From the NCBI RefSeq assembly GCF_037042905.1, contig NC_087246.1, forward strand, positions 7,690,001 to 7,754,000: 64,000 nt of DNA. Reading direction: 5' to 3'. The notes beneath the pieces were generated by a model, which was not told the origin of the DNA, ran no database searches, and saw nothing but the letters and a program-made list of their open reading frames with translations. Of this stretch, positions 35,941 through 48,984 are shown piece by piece (within the stretch, counting starts at the first letter, position 1; every line of letters starts with the position of its first letter). Source of the stretch: Lytechinus pictus (Eukaryota). The position numbers and the translations under genes were made by a program.

Positions 35941-38900
35941 TTTAAATGTTGATATTGTAGAATTCTTCCAAGGGTCGATATTTTACATATGTTTAAGTTA
36001 ATCCATAATATTGTTCCCAAATGAATAAAAATTGGTGTTAAAGGTGAAGTTCTTTTAACATGCAATAAGTATTATTATACCAATAATAAGTTACCCATAG
36101 ACATCGTATTTGGAACTATGAACCATATCATCAGGTAGTTTAATTTGTGCAAGTTTTTACTTTTTAAGCATCTTAATCATACCATACGGCCTTTAACCAT
36201 TGGTTGCTACAGAAGTCATATTACTTAGCAACTGTAACTTTGCATGGGCTTGTATACATTGTTCATTGGTTGTTGTGATTAATGCATTAATGCTTTGATA
36301 GAAAAGATGTGATTCATAGAAATTATAATCCTAAAAAGCTACCCTATAATAATTTTTACCGTTGAAATGTTACTTAGCAACGGATGCTATGGTGCTCATT
36401 AGGTCTACCTATGGAAACATTCATCACATGATGAATCTATGGGCCAGATTTAAATTTCTGAGTGATTCTGAATAAATTATAATGATCTGAAGGAAGAAGG
36501 TCACTTAACAACCGTTGCTATGAATAAATGGATCAAAACTGTTGTGATACAAAGGACCATGCTTTATGATAACATTTGTATGACATATCGCTTGTGAAAA
36601 TGTTTCTCAAGCCCAATTAAGCTCAGTTACTAAGGTAAATATGTTACCTTGCAACCGTTGCTATGTTTGGTGAACTCACGTTGGCACCCCCTGCTAAAAA
36701 TGTTTAGAATAACTTAATCTACATTTGTGCCAATTTTCATGCTTGTACCATTTTCTGAACATTTTTTTCACCAATCACCTAGACTATTATATAGACACGT
36801 TGCAATCCATCGTGTGTGGCCCCCTGCTGTGTGTGCTGGACTGTCGTGTTATCTTCGGACCGAGGTCAAGAAACAGGTGTTTTGATACTTAGGGCTTATA
36901 GTACTTGGAGAAGAGAATTGGTGAAAAAGAAACAGGGGTATAGTCTTCTCAAACGGAGGTTTTTCGTCATGTGTAAGTCCTCGGAACGGGCTTCAGAACT
37001 ACAAATGTTTGTGAAAACGGGGGTTCTTGGAACCGCCTGCGTGTGCATCCCAATGGAACGAGCATACGTGAATGCAGCTAGCACGGGCGCCGGCTTCGCC
37101 AGCGCAGAGGCGATGGTCAGAAAGCGCTCTCCGGCCGCTTTTCACCAAAATTGCGGCTCATCGTAGCAGATCAATGAGACCGGAACGGCGTAACGGAAAA
37201 TATGTGAAGCTTTGGAGTGGATTTCTTTCTTCTTTTTTTCTCGATAAGAAGAAAATGCTATGCCTTGGAGCGGCTTTCTTTGTTCTTTTTCTCAATAAAA
37301 CAAATATGCTATGCCTTGGAACGGAAATTTGAGTGTAAAAATGGGGGTCCCCTCCGCGGCACGTACATACCCACTATGCATTATATACTGAGTGCCCCCC
37401 CCCCCCGGGTAGAGGTCACGTCCCCTGTCCCCCTGAGATTTCCGCCCATGTATAATTTCCACTCTCCTCGTATTTTTAATTTATTCTTTTCTAGTAAAGG
37501 GATAGATTAAAAAAAAAGAACCAAAACACTGAAGGTTCGGAATACAAATGATTCGCAAATTTTATAGGACCTGCATTGTAACAAAACAAATTTGACAGAT
37601 GTTCAAAGATATAGCTCTTATATTCACACCTATATAAATACGGCTACCCTACCTTGTTATTAAAGTAAATGATAGTACGTTTAAGTTATGCAGATTTTTT
37701 TCAGCCACAATCCCCTGATCGGCCGCTCGAAGTTGATTTTTGTTTGTTTCTTGAAGGGGTAGTCCTAAATGTCACTTCTAAGCTTTATTGTTAAATCTCA
37801 AGCCTTGTTGAAATGGTGAGAGCGCAAGCGCGATTTTTTTTCTTTTCAGGTATTTTTCAAAACATATACAAATATATTCAAAACATATTCTGGGCAATGT
37901 TTGTCATCTTAAACGAGATGTTTGTCCAACTAAATAAGTACTGTCAGCGCAGAATGGAAATTCGAAGCAATTTTTTGTAATCGTGAAAAGGATAAGTATA
38001 TAACTAAACAATTGATGCGTGCGCGAAACGCGAACAGATCAATGCGAGATTTACACTTAAAAGTGGAACACTCTATTCATGTTTTGCACTGAATCATGAA
38101 AAGGATGTGTAATTGAAAATCTTCATATATTAACAATGCGAGCGAAAATCGCGGGCCGAAATGTTTGATAACTCATGAAATGGGGATTTTAAAGGAGAAT
38201 GAAACTCTTGGAGCAAGTTAGCTTTTGTGAAAGCAGAAAAATCAAAGAATAAGATCAACAAAAGTTTGAGTAAAGTAGCTAGCAATAAAAGAGTTATGAG
38301 CATTTGAATGTCGAGATCACTAATGCTATGGATATCCTCCCATTGGCAATGCGACCAAGATCTGTGATGTCACACACGTACAACTCTTTCATTTGGACAC
38401 TGAAAATATACCCCAAAACATCTCTTTTTGCTCATTCTAATCATATGACAAACGATTCATCAATGATATAATGTTGTGAAACCTCTGTACTTGTCATCTC
38501 ATAAAGAGAACACCTCACCTTGTGATAGACTCTATAAAAGTGAGAATATAGGTGAAATTAGTACTAAAGTAATGAGGGAGTTGTACGTGTGTTAAGGTCT
38601 TAAAAGGGACTTGGCCTTAACGCGTAACTCGTCGGGTAAGTTCGCGAAAAAGTGTTCTATTGCAAATATAATGTACGCGCGCGCACTGTATGGGGAGTTT
38701 GTGCGAGAAAATCAATTCAGTACCGTACACGGTACTATCAATTTTCCACAAAATACGTGAGTATAAATCGTACTATATCAGTTATTTAATGTTAGGGAGT
38801 AATTATATAACTGCGGGCGTGAATTTATACAATCTAATGCACTTCATTTGATATTTGTATGTAATAACATCGCCAACAAATATTGCGGTTATTGCTTTGA

Positions 38901-39845
38901 ATACTCTTGCCTTGGCTGCTCTATCTGTCTCTGGCGGTGTGACGCTGACAGTGCATGCGGAGAGTTCCGGCGAATGACTAACCTGAATTTCGTTTAGGTT
39001 TATACGGTTTCCAAATAGGCGGAACGGGTCATATTGCCATGGATTAACTGTGTTACGGTGTTTGGGTTGCAAGTTCTCACTTCTTTAATTCGAGAATATA
39101 TCTTCTTATAGCAGTGTAATAAATTGACTGTCTGTGTAGGCTCTGGCTCTAGACCAAAAGTTTTGGTCTCTGTATTATATTGGTTGCGTTGTTCCTCTGA
39201 ACTCACTCATGGGTACATTTGTATTCTGCCTGTGGGGAATCTACAGGAAGGACTATGGTATGCCAATGCTGTACACAACACAAACTTTAAAAAATCATTA
39301 AAATATCACTTTTGTGACCAAAAATACGAGTTTCCATACAGTTGCAATTTATTTATCATTAGCAATTTGATGGTAATTTTTTTATTCACCAGAGCGCTTG
39401 AAAAGTTGAATTTTGGGCATATTTTTGTACACGCCCTCTATTGGTGGAAAGTAATATGAAACTACAATTTTGGTTTTTCAATCTCTATTTTTAATTAAGA
39501 AAAAATCATTTAAAGATTCAAATTTACTTAATAGCCAAAATATATGATGAATAGCTGTACTGGAACCTGTCAGTGTAAAAAAATCAAGCATTTGTCTCAA
39601 AGGAAAAGAGAAAATGAGCCAAACATTGCCAACCTTATTTCACTACACAGGGAGGAGTAACAGAGAACAAGGTTATATCATAACCTTGTTCATAGAATAA
39701 GTGCTCTGAACTCTGTTGTGGCTCCACTCACCAAATACAGAGACCGAAGTTCCAATTCAATCTATACAGAGACTCAATAGCCATATGTTTATTTATTAAG
39801 TTGAATAAACCAGGGAAGTGGGAGTTGCATGACAGCCGTAGTAAG

Positions 39846-40004
39846 CAGTAGCGTACCATGACCCGGAGGAGACAAAGCATGGGGAGCACTGCATTGTCCA
39901 TGAACAATGCTGTGCCCCCCTAATGCTTTGTCTCCTCCGGGTCACAGTACGGCGTACTGTGACCCGGAGGAGACAAAGCATTGGGGGGGGGGAGTATGCT
40001 ACTG
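39846..40004. mobile_element. 159-bp hAT-like MITE with an internal 61-bp palindrome
   Basis: CAGTAGCGTAC...GTATGCTACTG; 8-bp TSD GTAGTAAG at 39838-39845 and 40005-40012. Confidence 0.85.
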
Positions 40005-40254
40005 GTAGTAAGTCACTGTTGATCCCCTCCTTTTAATATTTTAAAGGTTGTTTTTTATCCTTTATTAATGGGGAAAAACCATGCAGTGATGGGGCTGGGA
40101 TAATTAAGCTGGATTTGCTGGCTTACATGTACCTTCAGCTCAACAATATGGGTTTGGAGCTCATGAACCTACCAATTTCCATACTAATTTGGAATCTTTA
40201 ACTAGATTCTGGAACAATTATGGTTGACCTGAGGGAGGGGGGCAGTGGTTGATA

Positions 40255-40488
40255 CACAGCAAAAAACTGGTGTTAACCGGTGTACATAGAGGAACGTTCA
40301 CACCAGTCATTTTACACCGGTGTTGAATTGACAGTGTTAGGTGTTATTACAACGCTTTTGTTTATTACACTTACACTAGCTGGTGTGACATTCAATCTCT
40401 AGTGTGTAATTTTAGTAGTTCAGGGTGTGGTCCTCTATAGACACTTACTATTTGTATTATCAGTTTTAACACCAGAGTTTTTACAGTG
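40255..40488. mobile_element. CACTA/EnSpm-like MITE (CAC...GTG, flanked by TA)
   Basis: TA|CACAGCAAAAAACTGGTGTTAA...TTAACACCAGAGTTTTTACAGTG|TA; paralogue at 44002-44222. Confidence 0.7.
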
Positions 40489-40603
40489 TAGCCAGTTGAA
40501 AATAAAAAAGTAATAGTGATATGGTACACCCGTGATACATGACAATTCAGGCTTATTAGGTGTAGGCAGATGTACAGAGCCCGCCAGGTGACATGAAGGA
40601 GAA

Positions 40604-43600
40604 AAAATTCTCCGTGCATTATTTCGTTCTCTCAAAATACTATTTCGTTCCCTCGAAAAACTATTTTGTTCCAACGCAATACTATTTCGTTCCCACGCAA
40701 TACGCAATACTATTTTGTTCCCACGCAATATTATTTTGTCCTCATGCAATATTATTTCGTTCCAACAAAATATTTCTTTTCCACGAAATATTATTTCGAT
40801 CCCACGCAATATTATCCCCCCCCCCCTCCAATCTGCACGGGCCGTGTATAACACGTGCAGCATAGCATCATGCTTTGGTATGGTATGCGCTGATGTCTGA
40901 GGATGATGATGATGGGGTAATGATAATGCTGGGGGTGATGCTGAAGGGGGTGATGATGATGGGGGTGATGATGATGATGGGGGTGATGATGATGGGGGTA
41001 ATGATGATGCATGGGGTGATGCTGATGGGGGTGATGATGATGGGGGTGGTGATAATGGGGATGATGATGGGGTTGATGATGGGGGTGATGATGGGGGTGA
41101 TGATGGGGGTGATGCTGATGGGGGTAATGATGATGATGGGGGTGATGATGATGATGGGGGAGATGATGATGGGGGTGATGATGGGGGTGATGACGATGGG
41201 GGTGATGACGATTGGGGTGATGATGATGCTTGGGGTGATAATGATGGGGGTGTTGATGATGATGGGGGTGTTGATGATGGGGATGATGATGATGGGGTGA
41301 TGATGATGGGGGTGATGATGATGGGGATGATGATGGTGATGATGATGATGGGGGTGATGATGATGGGGTGATGTTGGGGGTGATGATGATGGGGATGATG
41401 AAGATGATGGGGGTGATGATGATGATGGGGGTGATGATGATGGGGGTGATGATGGGAGTGATGATGATGATGGGGGTGATGATGATGGGGGTGATGATGA
41501 CGGGAATGATGATGATGGGGATGATGATGATGGGGGTGACATCATGATGATGATGGGGTTGATGATGATGGGGGAGATGGTGATGGGGGTGATGATGATG
41601 GGGGTGATGATGATGATGGGGGTGTTGATGATGGGGGTGATGATGATGGGGGTGATGATGATGATGATGGGGGTGATGATGATGATGGGGGAGATGATGA
41701 TGGGGGTGATGATGATGGGGGTGATGATGATGATGGGGATGATGAAGATGATGGGGGTGATGATGATGGGGGTGATGATGGGAGTGATGATGATGATGGG
41801 GGTGATGATGATGATGGGGGTGATGCTGATGGGGGTGATGATGGGATGGATGATGATGGGGGTGTTGATGATGGAGGTGATGCTGATGGGGGTAATGATG
41901 ATGATGGGGGTGATGATGATGATGGGGGAGATGATGATGGGGGTGATGATGGGGGTGATGACGATGGGGGTGATGATGATGCTTGGGGTGATAATGATGG
42001 GGGTGTTGATGATGATGCGGGTGTTGATGATGGGGATGATGATGATGGGGTGATGATGATGATGGGGGTGATGATGATGGGGATGATGATGGGGATGATG
42101 ATGATGGGGGTGATGATGATGGGGTGATGTTGGGGGTGATGATGATGGGGATGATGAAGATGATGGGGGTGATGCTGATGATGGGGGTGATGATGATGAT
42201 GGGGGTGATGATGATGGGGGTGATGATGGGAGTGATGATGATGATGGGGGTGATGATGATGGGGGTGATGATGACGGGAATGATGATGATGGGGATGATG
42301 ATGATGGGGGTGATGATGATGGGGTTGATGATGATGATGGGGGAGATGGTGATGGGGGTGATGATGATGATGGGGGTGTTGATGGGGGTAATGATGATGC
42401 ATGGGGCGATGCTGATGGGGGTGATGATGATGGGGGTGGTGATAATGGGGATGATGATGGGGTTGATGATGGGGGTGATGATGGGGGTGATGATGGGGGT
42501 GATGCTGATGGGGGTAATGATGATGATGGGGGTGATGATGATGATGGGGGAGATGATGATGGGGGTGATGATGGGGGTGATGACGATGGGGGTGATGACG
42601 ATTGGGGTGATGATGATGCTTGGGGTGATAATGATGGGGATGTTGATGATGATGGGGGTGTTGATGATGGGGATGATGATGATGGGGTGATGATGATGGG
42701 GGTGATGATGATGGGGATGATGATGGTGATGATGATGATGGGGGTGATGATGATGGGGTGATGATGACGGGAATGATGATGATGGGGATGATGATGATGG
42801 GGGTGATGATGATGGGGTTGATGATGATGATGGGGGAGATGGTGATGGGGGTGATGATGATGATGGGGGTGTTGATGATGGGGGTGATGATGATGGGGGT
42901 GATGATGATGATGGGGGTGATGATGATGATGGGGGAGATGATGATGGGGGTGATGATGATGGGGGTGATGATGATGATGGGGATGATGAAGATGATGGGG
43001 GTGATGATGATGGGGGTGATGATGATGGGGGTGATGATGGGAGTGATGATGACGATGGGGGTGATGATGATGATGGGGGTGATGCTGATGGGGGTGATGA
43101 TGATGGGGGTGATGATGGGAGTGATGATGATGATGGGGGTGATGATGATGATGATGGGGGTGATGCTGATGGGGGTGATGATGGGATGGATGATGATGGG
43201 GGTGTTGATGATGGAGGTGATGATGATGGGGGTGATGAAGATTGGGGTAATGATGATGGGGGTGATGATGATGGGAGTGATGATGATGGGAATGATGATA
43301 GGGGTGATGATGATGATGATGATAGGGGTGATGATCCCCATCATCATGATCCCCATCATCACCACCATCATCATCACCCCCATCATCATTACCCCCATCA
43401 TCATCATCACCCCCATCATCATCATACACCCCCATCATCATCACCCCCATCATCATCACCCCCATCATCATCAGCCTCAGACATCAGCGCATACCATACC
43501 AAAGCTTGTTGCTATGCTGCACGTGTTATATACGGGCGGTGAGGATTGGAAAGAGAGGGGGGATAATATTGCGTGGGAACGAAATGATATTTTGTGGGAA

Positions 43601-43668
43601 CAAAAGAGTATTTCGTGGGAACGAAATAATATTGCTTGGGAACAAAATAATAATGCACGGAGAATTTT
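40604..43668. mobile_element. Foldback element with ~21-bp subterminal repeats and a central satellite
   Basis: 40604-40900 is the reverse complement of 43476-43668 (ATTCTCCGTGCATTA, TTCGTTCCCACGCAAT, GGTATGGTATGCGCTGATGTCTGAGG). Confidence 0.75.
40901..43472. repeat. (ATG)2-4GGGGTG G-rich satellite; complementary orientation from ~43335
   Basis: Direct reading; rare variants recur with a 1390-bp offset. Confidence 0.95.
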
Positions 43669-44001
43669 GCAGGTCAAAGGTCACAGCTCATTAAATATGC
43701 AAGTTGATCTCCATGCAATAACAAAAAATATCTAATGAATTTTAAAAGTATTTGGTGTGTAGGTAGACGACACAAAAATACAAGCTAAATTTGAATTCAG
43801 AGTCCGCTGTTGAAAGGTCACATCTCGTTTAATATACAAGTTTTTTTCCGCATGATAACTTATGGAATATTCAACAGATTAAAAAAAAATTGGGTGTGTA
43901 GGTAGATGACACCAAAATACAGGCTAAGTTCAAATTCAAAGGTCACAGCTCATTATATATGCAAGTTGGTTCAAAGGTCTCAATTTGTTCATTGGTTGAT
44001 A

Positions 44002-44222
44002 CACAGCAAAAACTGTGGTGTTAACCGGTGTACGTAGAGGAACACACCAGTCATTTTACCCCGGTTTTAAATTGACAGTATTAGGTGTTATTACAACATT
44101 TTTGGTTGTTACATTCAAAGTGGTTTTAAATTCAATCTCTAGTGTGTAATTTTAGCACTTCAGTGTGTGGTCCTCTATAGACACCTACTGGTGTCAGGTT
44201 TAACACCACAGTTTTTACAGTG
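44002..44222. mobile_element. CACTA/EnSpm-like MITE, paralogue of 40255-40488 with the same flanks
   Basis: TA|CACAGCAAAAACTGTGGTGTTAA...TTAACACCACAGTTTTTACAGTG|TA. Confidence 0.7.
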
Positions 44223-44712
44223 TAGCAAGTTGAAAATACAAAATTAATTGTGAGATGGTGCACCCATGATACAAGACAATTCCGGGTTTTTATACCCTCG
44301 CTGACGAAGTCCGTAGGGGGCATTATGCTTTGCCCTTGTCCGTCCATCTGTCCGTCCCCCCACTCGGTTTCCAAGCAATATATAACTCAAAAAATATTTA
44401 ATGGATTTCAAAACTGTTTGGTGTGTAGGTAGATGACACTAAAATACAGGCTAAGTTCAAATTCGGAGTCTGCAGGTCAAAGGTCGCAGCTCATTAAATA
44501 TGCAAGTTGGTTTTCAGCTCATTAAATATGCAAGTTGGAGTCGGCATGTAGGTCAAAGGACACATCTCATTAAATATGCGAGTTGGTTTCCGCGCAAAAA
44601 CTCGAAAAATATTTAATGGATTTTAAAAATGTTTGGTGTATAGGCAGATGACACCAAAATACAGGCTAAGTTTGAATTTGGAGTCCACAGGTCAAAGGTC
44701 ACAGCTCGTTAA

Positions 44713-45114
44713 AGGTAAACGCTAGTATTGGTAACGATATCAAAATGAGTTAGTACAGAATCCAATGAAATGACCACCAAAGTGTCTATTTGTATAATTA
44801 AACTGCACATGCCAAAGGATTCTGGAAGAAATTATATAATTGCTGAGAAATCAGCAAATACATGTAAGCACAGGATTCGGGTAGAGCGTCGGGCCGACGC
44901 TCAAAGCAATAATTATACACTGTCCCACGTGCGCTTATCTGTGTTGGGGAAGTTCAGTCTGAACACTTTTCAGCGTAGATTTCAAGATTTCACAAAGTTC
45001 AGTTTATGTAACTGTACCAGATCTAGATCCTCGATGATATGCTGAAAATTAAGCCTGGTTTTACTGACTTTCTCATGAAATCAGTGTTTACTCTAACTAC
45101 TGTCATTTTTCTCT
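44713..45114. mobile_element. Kolobok-like TTAA-site insertion
   Basis: Flanked by TTAA; removing it restores the host unit CAGCTC.TTAA.TATGCGAGTTGG; TIRs degenerate. Confidence 0.55.
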
Positions 45115-45487
45115 TTAAGTATGCGAGTTGGTTTCCACGCAAAAACTCGAAAAATATTAAATGGATTAAATTTTTTTGGTATGTAGGTAGATGACACCAA
45201 AATACAGGCAAAGTTTGAATTCAAGGACCACTGTTCAAAGGTCACAGCTCATTAAATATATAAATTTGTTTCATCATAACTTTGAAAGTTTATGGATTTG
45301 ACTCATGAAACTTGGACATAAGAGTAATCAGGTATCTCTGAACATCCTGTGCAAGTTTTAGGTCACATGTTCAAGGTCAAAGGTCATGTAAGGTCAATGA
45401 ACTTTGGCCATGTTGGGGTTATTTGTTGAATTACCATTATATATCTGTAAGTGTATTGGTCTAGTTCATAAAACGTGGACGTAAGTG

Positions 45488-46946
45488 CAGTGGCGTACCG
45501 TGGGTCACGGCATTGGGGGGGCACCAGCAAAAATTTCGAGTCCCTTTCGCGCGCTCAGATCCAGGTATACTGACCTAATAGAGACATTTTAAGAACATGC
45601 AGTGCCATTAAACGGATATGTATCTCACTGATTATATAATGCGAGCGCGAAGCGCGAGCTGAATATTTTTGATATTCAGACCTAAAAAGGGGAAAAAATT
45701 GTAATCATGATACGTACCTGTCTCGCTAAACAAACAATGCGAGTGCGAATCGCGAGCTAAAATTTTTGTATATATTGACCCCAAACAGGGACATTTCAAG
45801 GACTATATATTTAGGAATCCATTAAGAGTATTAATAGCTCAGCATAGTTATCTATTCCGCTATTCCTAGTGCCATCCTTTGCTAGTTTTGTTAGAATTAC
45901 ATCTAAACACATGAAGCATTTTTCACCTGTCATTGTAATCATGATTATCCTACGCATCTCACTAATCAAATACTGCGAGCGCGAAGTGCGAGCTCAAAAT
46001 TTAGGAAATTTAGACCTGATGAGGAAAAATCTAAGGCTTGTTTGTAGGAATTCACTAAGACCGTACGTACGTCGAAGCGCGAGCTGTTTTTTTTTAAATA
46101 TATATTGACCTCAAACATGGATATTTTAAGGACTATTTTCTTAGGAATCCATTAAGAGTATACAAGTTATATCTCACCATAGTCATTTAATGCGAGTGCC
46201 AAGCGTTTCCTCATTTTGTTAGAATTACATCTAAACACATTAAGCACTTTTTGTTGTCATAGTCATACGCATCTCACTCATCAAATACGGCGAGCGCGAA
46301 GCGCAAGCTGAAAATTTAGGAAATTCAGACCTGAAGTGGGGCATTGTAAGGCTTGGAATTCACTAAGACCGTACGTATTTCACTAACCAAATGATGCGAG
46401 CGCGAGCTGAAAATTTTTGATATTCAGATCAGAAAATTGACATTTTCAGGACTGATTTTAGTAATTTATGAAGAGCAGACATCTCACAAATCAACTAATG
46501 CGAACGTTAGCACGGACAGGAAACAATTTATATTAAGACCTTAAAATAGGGCAATCACTTTATGTAGTAATGAAAAAGAAGCAAATGTCACTACATGAAA
46601 CAATAATAACTCGAATTGCGAGGAAATATATTTGGTGTATATTGATTTGAAAACGGGAGGTTTTAGTACAACAGGATTATATATCTCGTTAAACAGTCTA
46701 TGCGAGCACCAGGAACAATGAAGACATAGACCCTGAGCAAATAATGTTTCATAAAGTTATGAAAAAATGCTTCTTATGTAATATAACATAACATAATATA
46801 ATATAACATTATAATGAACAATAATTTCTTCTTTCCTCACTACGTTTCTCTTCCTTTCTCCTTCTTTTTCTCGTTTGCCCGTTTTTTTTTTGCCAACCGA
46901 TTGGGGGGGCACGTGCCCCCCATGCCCCCCCGTAGTTACGCCACTG
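45488..46946 (+). mobile_element. hAT-like non-autonomous element (CAGTGGCGTA family)
   Basis: CAGTGGCGTAC...TTACGCCACTG; TSD CGTAAGTG / CGTAAGAG (7 of 8 match); partial copies at 34005+ and ~59030-59690 (reversed). Confidence 0.85.
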
Positions 46947-47235
46947 CGTAAGAGTAACCAAGTGTCACCGAACATCTTGTGCGAGTTATAGTAGTTTTCA
47001 AAGTCAGCACTGCTGCTATATTGAATCGCGTGATGAAGGTAAGACTGCCAGAGGATTTCCACTTGTTACTCTAATCTTGATATGCTCTCCAAATCATGAA
47101 GCAATGTAAGTATTTTTATAACACTTTTCATTTGCTTTCATCCAACATGCAGATTTAAGTGATCGGAACAAGGCATTATGACTGGAACATGAAGGCAAGC
47201 AATGCAGAGGAAGAAAAATTATTGTGAACTTTGCG

Positions 47236-47601
47236 GACATCCCAATACTTTTTCAGATGCCCCCAGTTAAGTCAACAATGGAACTTTCCAAGAAGAGGGA
47301 ATAGGACCTATGGAAAGATATCCGCCCACTCTCAGGATGATCTGACCAATGCGGTGATGTCTTTTAAGGCAAGTGCACACCTTACGACCCGATCAGGCGT
47401 CGCAGCTCTTGTCAGCTTGACATCCCAATACTTTTTCAGATGCCCCCAGTTAAGTCAACAATGGAACTTTCCAAGAAGAGGGAATAGGACCTATGGAAAG
47501 ATATCCGCCCACTCTCAGGATGATCTGACCAATGCGGTGATGTCTTTTAAGGCAAGTGCACACCTTACGACCCGATCAGGCGTCGCAGCTCTTGTCAGCT
47601 T
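47236..47601. repeat. Apparently exact 183-bp tandem duplication
   Basis: Units 47236-47418 and 47419-47601 both begin GACATCCCAATAC. Confidence 0.92.
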
Positions 47602-47660
47602 GAGAGTCGCAGACCGGTCAGAGACAAGTCGCAAGGAAAACCGTAAGGATTTGACATGTC

Positions 47661-47936
47661 GGAGCGTTGTGGCCCAGTGGATTAGTCTTCGAACTTTGAA
47701 ACAGAGGGTCGTGGGTTCGAATCCCAACCATGGCGTAATTTCCTTCAGCAAGAAACTGATCCACAATGTGCTGCACTCAACCCAGGTGAGGTAAATGGGA
47801 ACCGGTAGGAAGTAATTCCTTAAAAAGCTGTGTACGCTATGAACGCCTAGCTTAGCCAGGTAATATAGGAGCGCCTTGAGCACCTAACTAGGTGAATATG
47901 TGCGCAATATAAATATTCTATATTATTATGATTATG
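47661..47936 (+). mobile_element. tRNA-derived SINE
   Basis: Same head and body as 27235-27520; A and B boxes; AT-rich tail. Confidence 0.88.
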
Positions 47937-48233
47937 ACGAATCCTTTTGACTGAACGGCAGGCTCAATCCAACTTCCAACCAATCAGACAGCAGAGTTGC
48001 ACGACGCGTATATGATATACAACATGCATACGCTGTACGTAGTAAGCTCTATTTTCTCAGTTGCTATGGCAAAAAGCGCAACATGCGTGAGTCAAAAACA
48101 GCATAGCTTGAAAGTCGGATCGCAAGGTGTGCGGTGTCAAGGCTTATGACTACCGTGCAATTTAAGCTTCGACACTGCACACCTTGCAATCCGACTACCA
48201 TGCTGTCTGCTACTCATGCATGCAATATAAGGC

Positions 48234-48418
48234 CAGGGGGTGTTTCACAAAGATTTAAGTATGACTTAGAGTCGCAATTAAATGCCTCATTACGTGCGAT
48301 ATAAAAGGCATGACCGCATTGGTCAGGTCATGAGTAGAGGCAGCGCACTACTGCCTATTTGCGTTGGCATTTAAGTGCTACCTAAGTCATACTTAAATCG
48401 TTGTGAAACACCACCCTG
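48234..48418. mobile_element. Palindromic MITE (GGTGTTTCACAAAGATTTAAGTATGACTT family)
   Basis: CAGGGGGTGTTTCACAAAG...TTGTGAAACACCACCCTG; further copies at ~48557, ~49517-49710 and ~49827. Confidence 0.75.
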
Positions 48419-48984
48419 GTTACATTGTAAAGCCAGGTTACACTATAAGTTGTTTCAATTTTAAGCCAATTTCCTATTTAATGTTGGGTTACATTACAAG
48501 ACAAAACTACATAATCAGGTCATGTTACACTTTTAGTCAGGTTACACTGTAAGGTCAGTGGTGTTTCACAAAGATTTTAATATGACCCTTACATGATATG
48601 CAACATGAATTTTTTTTATCAATACCGGACGCAGTAGTGCGAGTCCTCTCAGCATGATCTGACCAATGCGGTGATGTCTTTTATACTGCACGCAAGTAGG
48701 CCCAGATTATACACTTATAGATCAGGATACATTCTAATGCCAGGTTACACTCTAAAGTCTGGTTATGCTTTAAAGAAGGTAACTCTTTAAAGCAGGTTAA
48801 AGTATTAGGAGAGGTTACACAATAAGCACATGAATCACACTTCAAAGGTCTATGGAAGCCACATGACTTTTCAATTGCAGGTTACATTATAAGACAAGGT
48901 TACACAATAAGCAGGTATCACACTATCAGGCAACTCAGCCTAGATTACAATAAAAGATCAGGATACATTTTAAAGCCAAGTTTA

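Larger units (their letters stand above)
30594..36786. mobile_element. Academ-like non-autonomous element (TAG...CTA termini, imperfect TIRs of ~150 bp or more)
   Basis: TAGTCTGGATGAT...ATCACCTAGACTA; ATGGTACAAGCATGAAA and GGGGGTGCCAAC mirrored at both ends; TSD not evident. Confidence 0.65.
43670..47060. repeat. GGTCAAAGGTCA / AAATATGCAAGTTGG-rich interspersed repeat with internal tandem units and nested inserts
   Basis: Repeated GGTAGATGACACCAAAATACAGGCTAAGTT...CAAAGGTCACAGCTCATT units. Confidence 0.65.

Noticed and set aside
39000..40240. Possible minus-strand exons with AG/GT boundaries
   Set aside because: The candidate exons I translated contained stop codons and resembled no known protein
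40868..43735. 867-aa His/Pro/Ser-rich and Met/Gly-rich ORFs
   Set aside because: A stop-poor satellite read in several frames on both strands; no signal peptide or splice context
47231..47794. 187-aa ORF with an internal repeat
   Set aside because: Formed by the 183-bp duplication, a MITE fragment and a SINE head
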